NCBI GenBank assembly: GCA_030390025.1
Contig: CM059432.1
Span: 113,214,001-113,278,000 of the forward strand
Direction: 5' to 3'
Length of the DNA: 64,000 bases
Origin: Squalus acanthias
Lineage: Eukaryota
The position numbers and the translations under genes are program-made. Shown piece by piece: positions 12,526-25,074 of the stretch (within the stretch, counting starts at the first letter, position 1; each line of letters opens with the position of its first letter). The notes below the pieces were generated by a model. It had not been told where the DNA came from and made no database searches. It was given only the letters and a program-made list of their open reading frames with translations.

Positions 12526-13699
12526 TGATAGTTCATGAGGATTATTGCAGAAGATCAGGACAGCTGGTCAATCCCATGTCTTTCAAGTGACCCACTACAC
12601 AGTGTCCCTGGGCAGACATAAAACGAACATATGAGAAATAACATTTTATAAAAACTTTGAATATATAATTGGGCAAGGTCACTATGATAACAGGCCTTGT
12701 AAGCTGCCTTACCTTGTCTCTGTAGAGAAGAGTGCACAATGACACAGCTGGTAACACAATGGAATCATTGTCTCACTAATCAGATTTGGTATATAATGTC
12801 TCACCATCTAAGTACAAACTAACATGTAAAGTGAGGCAAAGGAGCCAGTTCAGAGTGCAATTTTGAAGCAGGCTGTTCCTAGCTGATGCAGGAAGCTTTT
12901 TTGAGAACTCTCCACTACACCAAAATCCTTTACATGAAAAACTATGGATGCATCCAATACTCTATCATTTCTCTGTCATATATTTCTTTCTAATGTGCAG
13001 CCTTTAAATGTGGCTATATAAAATTAATATATATAATATATATACATTCACACACAATAAAATGCAATAACCAGGGACACTGGTTTACAGTGACTGAATA
13101 AGTCAAATTTCATTTTTATTACATAGGATTGTAGGATTTTCTGGGATTATTTTGATGTTTTAGGGATGGTATTTCTTGACTACATCCATATTTCCATGAA
13201 AATTGCAAACCAGTGGCTTTGGTCATAACCCTTTGTATCTAAGAGGATTCCCTACACTTGCACATTACGGCTGCTCACCATTCTGGAGCTACGAGTGGCT
13301 CTGCTGTGTACAAGACATCTTTTACAGATCAGCAGTGTCACCTGCAGGAAATTAGCAGCAGTGCAGCCATTCAGCCAAATGTAACATTCGTAGATTTCAA
13401 CAAAGCAAAGTATGAATGATTCATTTGGAGGCCTAGAATAAATGAGACAGCATTTACTGTGGTAGAAACCTCCCATTTCCATACAGTGTGCAGTTCATCA
13501 GTGAGTGCTGATTCAACTAAAGTTGACCCAAGGAAACAAGTAACAACAAGTTCAAAACCTCCTGGTGATGGCTAACTAAGGTCTTAACATCTTAGACAGT
13601 AAAAGAAGCAAAAATACATCCCACAGTCATTACGAGGCTCTATATAACAATGCTTTTTTCTGTTATATGTCTGGACTCCCAGCAAAGGTAGCTGAAGAT

Positions 13700-13775
13700 T
13701 TTTTTATTCATTCCTGGGATGTGAGCGTCGCTGGCAAGGCCAGCATTTATTGCCCATCCCTAATTGACCTTGAGA
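13700..13775 (-). mobile_element. 3' end of second-family LINE
   Basis: tttttttattcattcctgggatgtgagcgtcgctggcaaggccagcatttattgcccatcc matches 5430-5500. Confidence 0.7.
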
Positions 13776-14154
13776 TTAGGGATAGAAGCTGCAATGATTA
13801 GTGTTTTTAAAAGGAGCTGGATAGATATCTGATGGAGAGTGGGATTGGAGTTTATATGGAGAGATTTAGGCTGAAATTATCAAATACTCCCCAGGGCACA
13901 GTGGTGTTTGTGCTGTAGGTAGGGAAATGGTGTCTGGAGAACAGCAAGTCAAGATTAAACAATGGAGATATGGGGATATTCCAGAGTTTTGTTTGATTTG
14001 TTTTTTGGGAATCAGGAAGTTTTTTTTTCATGAAGAACTTTTCTTGAGGAGATTAAAAGGATGCAGTGGAGTCCATAATAGATGACAATGGAAGCAGGGA
14101 ACTTAATGGCTCAAATGACATTTTCTCATGCCTTGCTTTTACCTACTGGAGTTT

Positions 14155-15460
14155 GCCCCTCGATTCTAGAACGATCCCAGTGGATTGGAAGGCAGCAAAT
14201 GTAACCCTACTGTTCAAGAAAGGAGAAAGAGAGAAAACAAGAAACTATAGGCCAGTTAGCCTGATATCAATAGTAGGGAAAATGTAGTATATTTGGATTT
14301 TCAAAAGACAAGAGGTTGTTACACAAAATTAGGGCTCATGGGGTTGGGGGTAATATATTAGCATGGATTGAAGATTGGTTAAAGGACAGAAAACAGAGAA
14401 TAGGGATAAACGGGTCATTTTCAGTTTGGCAGGCTGTAACTAATGGGGTACCGCAAGGATCAGTGCTTGGGCCTCAGCTATTCACAATCTGCATCAATTA
14501 CTTAGATGAGGGGACCGAGTGTAATATATCCAAGTTTGCTGACGATACAAAGCTAGGTGGGAAAGTAAGTTGTGAGGAGGATGCAAGGAGGCTTCAAGGG
14601 GATATAGACAGGCTAAGTGAGTGGGCAAGACGATGGCAGATGGAGTATAATGTGGGGATATGTGAAGTTATCCACTTTGGTAAGAAGAATAGAAACACAG
14701 AATATTTTTTAAAAGGTGAGAGACTAGTAAATGTTGGCATTCAGAGGGATTTGGGTTTCTCGTACACGAATCACAGAAAGTTAACATGCAGGTACAGCAA
14801 GCAATTAGGAAGGCAGATGGTATGTTAGCCTTTATTACAAGAGGATTTGAGTATAAGAGTAAAGACATCTTACTGCAATTATATAGGGCCTTGGCGAGAC
14901 CACACCTGGAGTATTGTGCACAGTTTTGGGCTCCTTATCGAAGGAAGGATATACTTGCCTTGGAGCGGTGCAACAAAGGTTCACTAGATTGATTCCTGGG
15001 GTGAGAGGGTTGTCCTATGAGGAGAGATTGAGTAGATTGGGCCTATACTCTCTGGAGTTTAGAAGAATGAGAGGTGATCTCATTGAAACATATACAATTC
15101 TGAGGGGGATTGACAGGGTAGATGCTGAGAGGTTGTTTTCCCTGGCTGGGGAGTCTAGAACCAGGGGTCACAGTCTCAGAATAAGGGACCGGCCTTTTAG
15201 GACTGAGATGAGGAGGAATTTCTTCACTCAGAGGGTTGTGAATCTTTGGAATTCTCTACCCCAGAGGGCTGTGGATGTTTAGTTGATGAGTATATTCAAG
15301 GCTGAGATCGATAGATTTTTGGACTCTAGGGGAATCAAGGGATATGGAGATCGGGTGGAAAAGTGGAGTTGATGTAAAAGATCAGCCATGATCTTATTGA
15401 ATGGCGAAGCAGGCTCGAGGGGCCGAATGGCCTACTCCTGCTCCTATTTCTTATGTTATT
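14155..15460 (+). mobile_element. CR1 LINE 3' part with internal deletions
   Basis: RT ORFs 14316-14828 (GVPQGSVLGP, FADD) and 14914-15282; CR1 3' UTR. Confidence 0.88.
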
Positions 15461-16254
15461 CTGTCCCTCTGTCCTTTCACGTTACATTTTACGTCATATC
15501 ACTACAGAGCACTCTCACTATAACATGCAGGATACTCAGCTCCTAAAGATAGTGTAATTAATCCGACCCTTAATTCTGACAGAGCAAGACAGGTATTCAA
15601 GAAAGGAGATCGTCCTTAAACTAATAGGGAGGTTAGGTACTTACGCTTCTCTGCCTTCCCTCACACACACGCACTAGAGCACTGGAGAATTTCATTTATA
15701 TTCTCACTAGGCCAATAGCGATTTGGATAAGTAATAATATTAAAGCAAACACCACGCTCCATGGATGCTTAGCCATTGGGACATGACCGGAAATGTCAGA
15801 CCCATGTGGAAAATGAAATATAGTCGTTAAATCACTGTGCAAAACAGAAGCTGTCACCAACCGCCCTGGAAAATGGGGACTTAGACACCATGCCGCCAAA
15901 AAACATACACATGCTCATTTTATGAATGGTCCCGATAGAAATCGCACCATACACAACTGTAAAAATAAGAAGCTGCCTATTCTGTTATTCATTTCCTTCT
16001 GGCCAGCAGCCCTCAGCAAAAATGAAAGGAAATGCTTCTTGCATTGTTAAAATTACATCGTATGCATGCAGAATGACCAGCAAAACATTCACTGCTACAG
16101 AAATAAGCACTCAGAGTTTGGTTTTGGATTTGGCTCTAGCTGCAAGTCAGACAAAAGGTTCTGCCCCTTACAAGGCCCAGCAGGAACTCCCAGCATTGTA
16201 CAGGTGTCAGCATGGCTCAGTGGAAGCACTCTCGCTTCTGACTCAGAAGACCAC

Positions 16255-19173
16255 GGCCGGAATTTTGCCTACCTGGGCGGATCCGGTGCGGGCTCCATCT
16301 CGCTGCTGAAAATGACTTTCCCTTAATAGGTAAGACCGCCCTGCACGTTACCCGGCCCAGTTAAATGGAGCGGGTCTGGTGACGCCATCGATGACGTGTT
16401 TTCAACTGGGATCTTTAAAGGGGCCATGGCTACCTTGGATTTGAATGTAAATGTAACATAGTGCACTCCAGCATTGGAGTGCTGCAAACACTGGCAATGA
16501 CTGCACAGAGGCAGAGGGCTGCACCCAGGTTCTCCGATGACTCCATCCATATGCTTATGGAGGGAGTCAGAGCATGCAGGGAGGTCCTCTTCCCTTCCGA
16601 TGGGCGGAAGAGACCTCCCCAGGACACCAAAACAGCCTGTTGGAAATTGCAGAGGAGGTCACCAGCAGGGATGTGGTCGGACCTAGGTACAGTGCCACAA
16701 ACGTTTCAATGATCTCATTGATCAGGAAACGTGAGTACAAAGCCACACTCACCTTCATCCTGCTGTGCCTATCATCACATCCCCATCACTCTGCCTTCCC
16801 TACCCTACTCCTGCACATCCTTACTCACACCAACTTACCTTGCACGTCCACCCATCCCTCTCTCGCTATCTACATTATCACATCCCCATCTTACTAACCA
16901 CCCTTCACACTCAGCCTCATCCTAATGCAATCACACCAACTAACAACACACAAGGAGGCCACTTGGCTTTGCCACCCCACTTCCTCAAAGTCACCCTCTA
17001 AAGATGTAACCCATCCATTCCTTAAACTCATTCCATCACTCTCACTCAACCTTCTCTTCTTTCCCTCCTTGCAGGAAAAGAGAGCCCAAAATAAGAAGGA
17101 GAGGAGGAGAACCGGCGGTGGCCCTCCATCATTTGCAAACCTTACAACAGCAGAGGAGGCTGCTTTAGAAATTACTGGAGTCGTCGAGCAGCTGGAGGTG
17201 GGAGACAGAGAGAGGGGGACACCTCAGCAATCTGGTGACAGAATTACATATCATACAGCTACATGGCACTCATATGGGGACTGATGTCAGCAGCCATTGA
17301 ATGGTCATCATGTGCATAATGGTATCTGTACCCATTCTTGATATGACATATCAAACTCATCTCTTTACTCTCCCACAGGTCCATCAAGAGTCGCCCCCAC
17401 TGTCGAGCTGGAGGAGGAAGATGAGTCCTCAGAGGAGCCTCCAGCCTCTGAGGGCGCACCGTTACCAGACATAAGTGCACCTAGCACCAGTGCAGATACA
17501 CACACCTCGGTGGGTGTCACACGAGATAGAGTAGTGTTGTCACCTGGTGTCTCACAACTCACAAGTGAGCAAGAGCAGATGGTGGAGACAGGGACAGCAG
17601 TGGAGACTCCTCGCCAGAGGGCACAGGACGCTCCTAGCTCTGCTCAGCTGCATGCAGATGCTGAGCCTCGGGGGCCATCCAGAAGGAGGGCGATTCTGGA
17701 GGTGCAGCAAGAAGTGAAGGGGGCTCTGACAGGTTTTGTGAGCGCGATGTCTGCAAATGTTCAGAGAATGGAGGTGGTGCTCATCTCCAACATGAGCACC
17801 ACTGTGTCGCAGGCGATGGACTATAGGCTCTTCCATGGATAGGATGGCCACCTACATGGAGCAGCTAATGCGCCACTCACAGAAGCACATGGTCTCTATG
17901 GAGGATAGATGGCTATCTATGGAGAATAGATGGCAGAGGCTCATAGACCTCCTGTCTAGGAGGGACGTCAGCATAGACGTGGGTCCTCATGGCCCCACTG
18001 ATGTTCAGCAAGGTGCTCTCCAGCTCCTTGGCAGCAGGGAAGTGAGCAGGCTGCCTATACCGCTGCTGAAGCCACAGGGCTTGCACCTCGTAGAAGCATG
18101 TGGAAGTGAAAGGTGACACACAAGTAGATTCACAAGGGTAGCCACTTGGGTGTTTTACTCAATATTTATGTAAAGTTTCCGTTGATGTGCTGTCAAACAT
18201 AAAAAATCTTTATTTTCAACACTTGGACAGATTTGTGTGCACCTTTGTAAGTGGCTTAGTGAGTTGCAGTGAATGGTGAGACATAACGGTACCCCCCGCA
18301 ATGGTGGTGAGTGTGAAAGGAATGGCTTGGTCATTGTAGGGATGCTTTATGGTGTTGGTGTGGGGTGGTGCCAACCTTGCGCATCATGTGACAGCCATAT
18401 GGGTGTACAGCATAAAGTTATGTAAATCTGGCCATGATGAGGCCATCCCATGCCTCCCGGGCAGCAATGTGCTCGGGTACTGATGCCCTCTGGCCTGTGC
18501 AGCATCAGGTGATTGCGGAGAAGGTTGGTGTTGTTGTTGGTGCTGCTGGTGTGCCTGGTGCTGCTGGTGTTGGAGCTCATCGTGGCTGGTCAGATTTTGA
18601 GGACCAAGGTGAGACAGTATAAATGGCACCCATGTTGAAGGAATAGATAGCAGGTGAAGTAGAGATGACAGAAACATTCTGTCAATGGTGAGAGAGTTCT
18701 TCCAATGAGGTGACACTGGATGGAGACTTTGTAGGAAACACTTGCAGCCTGCAGAATCTGTGCTGGGAATGCAGTGAGAAACAGTTTCTGCCTGAGGAAA
18801 GTGATCAGCTGTCAGGTGAGAGCTTTTATAGTACATTTCATGCTGTCAACTAATCAGCTGGAGCAATGGCCATTGAACTCCCGCCTCAGGTTGACAGACA
18901 TGGTTCCCGAGCTGCGTGATCCCGTGGCCATCCAGTTAAATTTAAAAGGTAAGGTTAAAACCACTCTTAAGGGTATGACAACTAGCTACTAATAATTTAA
19001 ATTGGGTCACCCGCCTCTGCCGGTCGGGTCGGGTCCATGCTGACAGATGCGCCTGGGGGAAAGCCACGTGGGAGCGGGATGGCAGTTGGTTCCTGACCCA
19101 CTACCAAAAATAACAACTTTCCCACGCGACCTGCCTCCGATCTCACCTGCTACCACCCTGGAAAATTTCGGCC
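16255..19173. mobile_element. PIF/Harbinger transposon H1, transposase largely deleted
   Basis: TIR GGCCGGAATTTT / GGCCGAAATTTT, TSD cac/cat; collinear with H2 (33253-38943) except for internal deletions. Confidence 0.88.
16497..18127 (+). pseudogene. Harbinger Myb/SANT-like DNA-binding protein gene, 3 exons (~16497-16730, 17075-17234, 17379-18127), frameshifted
   Basis: MTAQRQRAAPRFSDDS..LFPSDGRKRP; GT-AG introns at the same positions as in H2; RRRTGGGP motif. Confidence 0.75.
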
Positions 19174-20028
19174 CATGGGTTCAAGCCCCACTCCTGAGAC
19201 TTGAGCACAAAATCCAGGCTGATACTCCAGTGCAATGCTGAGGGAGTGCTGCATTGTCAGAGGTGCCGTCTTTTGGATGAGGTGTTAAACCGAGGCCCTG
19301 TCTGCTCTCTCAGGTGGACGTAAAAGATCCCATGGCACTATTACAAAGAAGAGCAGGGGTGTTATCCCCAGTGTCCTGGCCAATACTTATCCCTTAATCC
19401 ACATCACTAAAACAGATGATCTGGTCATTTATTTAATTGCTGTTTGTGGGATCTTGCTGTGCACAAATTGGCTGCCGTGTTTCCTATATTACAACAGTGA
19501 CTGCACTTCAAAAGTACTTCATTGGCTGTGAAGCACTTTGGGATGTCCTGAGGTCGTGAAAGGCGCTATATAAATGTAAGTCTTTCTTGCTTGGGACCCG
19601 GCATATGTGTCCTGGCCCATTTCTGGGCCTTTCTGCCAGAATTCTGGCAGGAGTGCGGCAGGTGGACCAAGCAGATTTGGCATGCTGGTGTATAAAATGT
19701 ATCCTAAAATGTTACACTATTATTGAAAGCCCTAAGGAAGACATTTTCTTAGTCAATAACCTGTAGAATAATGAATGCTCAGGTATGAGTTATAGATGTG
19801 CATATAAGGGCAGGAAATGCAAGGCTCCACTACTGAGGCACAAAGGCAATGGAGTCTTGAAATCTCTGCCCTATAGTCCCAAACTGGTTATGCATCAATT
19901 GACCCGATAATGAGAATCAAAAGGTAGTGATCAATGGTCATAACTTTACTACAACTATCACCAATGGATGGTTCAGGAGAGATGGGGTGCATCTAAGCAG
20001 TGCAGAGACGGGGACACTGGCTATTTAA

Positions 20029-20779
20029 GGGCTGGATTTTGTCTTGGGGTCGGGTTGGGGTTGTGTAATCCGCATTTCGTGTTCCCCCCCCCGACTCCAG
20101 ATTAATGTGGATGGTTGATGCAATTTTCACTTAATTGGGCAATTGAGTTGGAGCATGTGGGAACCCATGAACTAATTAGTGTTTTCAGTCTGAAAGTCAC
20201 CTCTGATGATGTCATCATTGCTGACTGCCTAGTCTCAGAGACTGTTGCTGAGAGAGGACCTGCCTGGCTTTTGATGTGAGTGGACCTGGATGCAAAAACT
20301 GGGGGGGGGGGAGGAGAGAGAGAGAGAGAGAGGGAATTTTTTGGCCAAGCAAGTCCTCCCTGGCAGTCTCTGAAGACATTCAATGCAGCAGCATCAGAGG
20401 CGACGTTCAGACCTAATACTACTTTCATCACATCTCCGTTGTAATAGTGGACCTGCAGCCGATAGTCAGATATCCACTTGTGCTCCCGCCAGGTTTCACT
20501 GGAGTGTTTCACACCAGGCGTACTTCACGTCAGAAGAGGGTTAAACTAGCTACAGCGTTTCAAAATGGCATTACAGAGCCAATTTAGAGCTTGTTAAGGG
20601 CTTTAATGGCCTCTCCCGCCTCTTGAAGGCGGGACGGAGTCGGGAACCCCGCGACTGATTCTATCAAAATTGCGTGGAGGCGGGATGGAGTCGGGATGGG
20701 GTCGGAAACCCCGACCCCGCAAATTTAACCCCCCACACGCCTCCAAACCCGACTCCATGGGTCATTCAAAATCCAGCCC
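20029..20779. mobile_element. Non-autonomous Harbinger-like MITE, copy B
   Basis: TIR GGGCTGGATTTT, TAA TSD (20026-28/20780-82); inverted copy of 309-1037. Confidence 0.88.
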
Positions 20780-20782
20780 TAA

Positions 20783-21180
20783 GTGTCAGCCTTCGCTTAG
20801 TGTTAGCACTTTTGCTTCTATGTCAGAAACATTGTAGTTTCAAGCCCCACACCAGGACTTCGGGCACATAATCTAGGTTGACACTTCAGTACTGAGGAAG
20901 TGTTGCATTGCCAGAGTTACTGTCTACCTGTCCAGCTAGAAATAAAAGATCTCACAGCACTATTTGAAGAAGAGCAGGGGAATTCTCCCGATGTCTTGGC
21001 CAACATTTATCCCTCAACCAACACCACCAAAACAAATTGGCTGGTGGGACCTTGATGTGCGTAAACTGCCTGCTGCGTTTGCCTGCACAACATAACATTT
21101 CAAAAGTAATTCATTGGCTGTGAAGCACTTGGCAATATCCTAAGGGTATGAAAGGAGCTCCATAAATACAAATTCTTTCT
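20783..21180 (+). mobile_element. Degraded DeuSINE (SacSINE1-like)
   Basis: taaaagatc.ca..gcactatttgaagaagagcagggg core and ttctttcttt tail. Confidence 0.7.
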
Positions 21181-21941
21181 TTATAATTACTATAGAGGAA
21201 GGAATTAATATTAATTTAAACGAAATGAATGCGGCATGGTTTAAGACGTTAACTAAAGATAAGCAGAGCTTGGAGGGGGGACAAGAAGAGCGAGAGAATA
21301 ACATAAAACAGAAACCTAGTCCAGACAAATCAAACAAGAACAGAGGAAGTAAAAATGCATAATGCAATAAAATGTCAATATTGGAATGTTGGAAACATTC
21401 TGGATAAGATCTTGAGATGGGAACATATTAATGGCAGAAAATTATGGTATTACTGGGAGAATGAAGACATGACTCAAACCAGAAGTCAGGAATAAATTCA
21501 ATATTATGGGATATAGGATGCCAGAAAGGGTAAAAGTGATAGGCGAGGAGAAGGTGTAGCTTTATATATTTGGGATAATTTGGAAATGAGGGAAGTTGAA
21601 TTGATAACCCAGGGAAGACACAAAGTTTAGCAGGTATTTAGAAGTAGTGAAATCTTTGTCGACAAGTGATCACAATATGATTAAATTTAATAACATCTGA
21701 CAATTGTTAAGGACTAAGACAAAAATATGTTGGGCTGAATTTCCATTGAGATTCTCCTGATCGTCCTCTGTAATTTGACGGAACATCGTGGCAGCACGGA
21801 TGATCGATAGAAACTCAGTAGAAACTCGCCCCCTATTGGTTTTAAAGAAGGAAACTTCAAAGGAAAGAAGGTTGAATTAAAAGCACTAACTGCCGAAAGA
21901 TAGCTCAGTTGAGGAAAAAGCAACACTTTTAAAACTATGCA

Positions 21942-22878
21942 CCTGGAATTTTCACACGGGCTCTCCTGGTTAACTGCTGTAACTTGAGTAGAAGATCAGC
22001 GAACGCCCGGAGAAATAAGGTAAACAGCTAAAAACAGCCATTTACGCCTTGGCTCTGAATTTGCAGTCAGAGGCGTACCTCCGGGGTATGCCTCCGACCG
22101 GCGAAATATTTCCGAACTTATCTCCTGGCTCCACAGCTACAGACAGTTCGGGTCTTGAACCTCCATGAGTACATCAGCGTAAAGGGCCCACGGATCCCAG
22201 GGACGCAGGCGGTTCAGAAGTGTCCCTGGCATCACGCGGGCCAGGTCCTCCAATGAGAAAGGAGGATTCCATTGCAGTCATTTCTGAACGGAATCCCCTA
22301 ATGACATGCAATGGAATCCCCAAATAATTAAAGAATTTAGACAACTCTAATAAAAATAAATGTTCTCATTTTCAAATTAATTGGAAGTCCCTTCAATACA
22401 GCAAATACAATAAAAATGCAACTTTTTGAAAAATAGTTTTAAACATTTTAATCCGGGCCAAAATTTGCATGAAGTGTTTGTGCATCATTTTTTATTTTTA
22501 TATGTTTAATTTAAGATTTATATTAACCCTTACACTGGTGAAAGCAGGCTCTGCACTTGCTTTTGCCAGCCATAAGAGTTTCGTGGGCATTTGCTGGGCA
22601 GTAGTTGGGCAAAGAGCCCAACTCTGCGCCAGCGAAAGTGATTTCTCAGTCGGTTTGGTAGATCTGTCAGGGCAAACCTTGACAGATCACAAGGTTCGGG
22701 TTTTCATGCGTGTGCAGTGCATGCAGAATCCCAGAACTTGCGGGGCCTTTCAGAAGGCTTACGTTGATGTACGCTGAGCACACTCCGTCATTGGGAGTGC
22801 AAATTCCGGGCCATATCTCTAGGGATTCTACTAAATTTAGGGCCGGAGATTGGGAGAGCTCACATGGAAATTCTAGGC
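21942..22878. mobile_element. Old TIR element with a nested MITE (22051-22812)
   Basis: Outer ends cctggaattttcacacgggctctcc / rc gcctagaatttccatgtgagctctcc; inner ends GGCTCTGAATTTGCA / rc GGCCCGGAATTTGCA; TSDs not resolved. Confidence 0.55.
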
Positions 22879-23012
22879 AATAATGTTTATTTTACCAGAT
22901 AATTATATACCCAATGAAAATTAAATTATTACTAATTTGATATCAGTCATTGGTCAGTGAGGCAGAGGTACTGGATAAAGTAAAGGAACTGAAGTCTCCT
23001 GACTTATGTAGA

Positions 23013-23339
23013 AAGGTGCTGGGTCCACATGAGCTATATGAAGGGGTGCTGGGTCCACATGAGCTATGAAGGGGTGCTGGGTCCACATGAGCTATGAAGG
23101 GGTGCTGGGTCCACATGAGCTATGAAGGGGTGCTGGGTCCACATGAGCTATGAAGGGGTGCTGGGTCCACATGAGCTATGAAGGGGTGCTGGGTCCACAT
23201 GAGCTATGAAGGGGTGCTGGGTCCACATGAGCTATGAAGGGGTGCTGGGTCCACATGAGCTATGAAGGGGTGCTGGGTCCACATGAGCTATGAAGGGGTG
23301 CTGGGTCCACATGAGCTATGAAGGGGTGCTGGGTCCACA
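23013..23339. repeat. 28-bp minisatellite (AAGGGGTGCTGGGTCCACATGAGCTATG), ~11.7 copies
   Basis: Ten perfect units from 23041, plus one variant unit and one partial unit; no spacers. Confidence 0.95.
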
Positions 23340-23504
23340 CAAAGTGTGGACAAGTAAATATTAGGGAAGATAGACTGTCCTTATGTCACTACCATACTGC
23401 AGTTGATCTAGTGACCAGGGAAAGGCTGAGAACCCTGGTATATATTCTATGGTGTTTGAGCAGACTTGGCAGGAAATTCATGGGGAACTGCCTATTGTTC
23501 TCAA

Positions 23505-24270
23505 CAACAAAAACAACAACTTGTATTGATATAGCGCCTTTAATGTAGTAAAACGTCCCAAGGAGCTTCACAGCAGCGTTAATAAACAAAATTTGACACT
23601 GAGCCATATAAGGAGAAATTAGGACAGGTGACCAAAAGCTTGGTCAAAGAGGTAGGTTTTAAGGAGCATCTTAAAGGAGGAGTGAGAGGTAGAGAGGAGG
23701 TGAGGTTTAGGGAGAGAATTCCAGAGCTTAGGACCTAGGCAGCTGAAGACACGGCCACCAATGGTGGAGAGATTAAAATCAGGGATACGCAAGTGGCCAG
23801 AATTGGAGGAGCACAGAGATCTCGGGGGGTTGTGGGGCTGGAGGAGGTTACAGAGATAGGGAGGGGCGAGGCCATGGAGGGATTTGAAAACAAGGATGAG
23901 AATTCTAAAATTGGGGTATTGCCAGACCAGGACCCAATCTACGTAAGCAAGCACAGGGTGATGGGTGGACGAGATTTGGTGTGAGTTAGGATATGGGCAG
24001 CAGAGTTTTGGATGAGCTCAAGTTTATAGAGGGTGGAAGATGGAAGGATTATTCAAGTCTAGAGGTAGCAAAGGCATGGATGAGGGTTTCAGCAGCAGAT
24101 GAGCTGAGGCAGAGGCGGAGACAGGTGATGTTATGGAGGTGGAAGTTGGCGGTCTTGGTGATGGAGAGGATATGGGGTCAGAAACTCACCTCAGGGTCAA
24201 ATAGGACGCCAAGGTTGTGAACGGTCTGGTGTCGCCTCAGTCAGTGGCCAGGGAGAGGGATGGAGTAGGT
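23505..24270 (-). mobile_element. L2 LINE 3' fragment
   Basis: FKSLHGLAPPYL, LKTYLF; tail as at 1975. Confidence 0.85.
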
Positions 24271-24340
24271 GGCTCCATGAACTTTTTGCTATGTGTTTGG
24301 TAAAAACCAGACCCACAAAGTGGATGAACACATAAATAAT

Positions 24341-24377
24341 AATTCTGACGAAAGGCCATCGACCTGAAACGTTAACT
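24341..24377 (+). ncRNA. Minimal type I hammerhead ribozyme (family A, degenerate stems)
   Basis: CTGACGA-A-aggcc-atc-gacct-GAAA-cgtt-aact. Confidence 0.65.
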
Positions 24378-24478
24378 CTGTTTCTCTCCCCACAGATGCT
24401 GCCTGGCCTGCTGAGTATTTCCAGCATTTTCTGTTTTTATTTCAGATTTCTAGCACCGCAGTATTTTGCTTTTGTATA
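24341..24478 (+). mobile_element. Penelope-like pLTR fragment (family A)
   Basis: Matches the 3' termini of the PLEs at 33214-39008 and 39089-39190. Confidence 0.8.
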
Positions 24479-25074
24479 TTATAAATAAATTGTGTGTTGG
24501 AGATTCCATCTAAACCTACAAACATGGAAACCTTGGAAACGGCTCACATTCCAAATAAAATGTGATGCAACATATAGCAAATCAACTTAAAAGTAGGAGA
24601 TGCATTTACAGTATATTCAGAGATTGAATCCTTTTTATATATTTAACAGTGGCTTTTCACAGTGTTGCACTGCAGATGGAGATATAGGTAAGGGAGAGAT
24701 TTAATCTCATGCATAAAATCCTGTGACTTGGCCTTCCTATGTTGACTGTGCTATGTGTCTGTACTGTATTGAATTAATAGCTCCGATTTTAACTCGGGGC
24801 ATGAGGCGAGAAGGAGAGTCCTTGTGGAGAGTTTGGCGTGATGCCGAGGCCTTTTTAAATGCCGGGCCTCATTTAAATTATGCTAAACTGTCCACTGCCA
24901 GAAGTCGTCGAGAATGACGTCAACACTGGTGGGCGGTGACGAAAATTGAGGCGGGAGCCGGATGCCGCTGGGGACCCAAGGAAACAATCGCTGGCAAGGT
25001 AGGTCAGAAAGGAGTAGGGTCCAGGCCAATTGTGGCCGGAGAAGGGGGAGGAGTAATTTAGGGCAGAGGGGGCA

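Larger units (their letters stand above)
16203..19588 (+). mobile_element. DeuSINE (SacSINE1-like) split by a Harbinger: head 16203-16254, body 19174-19588
   Basis: A-box tggctcagtgg at ~16213, B-box ggttcaagcc at ~19178; Deu-like core gaggtgccgtc...gtaaaagatcccatggcacta; same family as 25745-26205. Confidence 0.75.

Noticed and set aside
12700..13345. Possible minus-strand host exons (donors near 12712 and 13280)
   Set aside because: Only isolated splice-like motifs with no recognisable protein; needs RNA-seq.
23013..23339. 28-bp repeats as a CRISPR array
   Set aside because: Units are head-to-tail with no spacers, the context is eukaryotic, and there are no cas genes.
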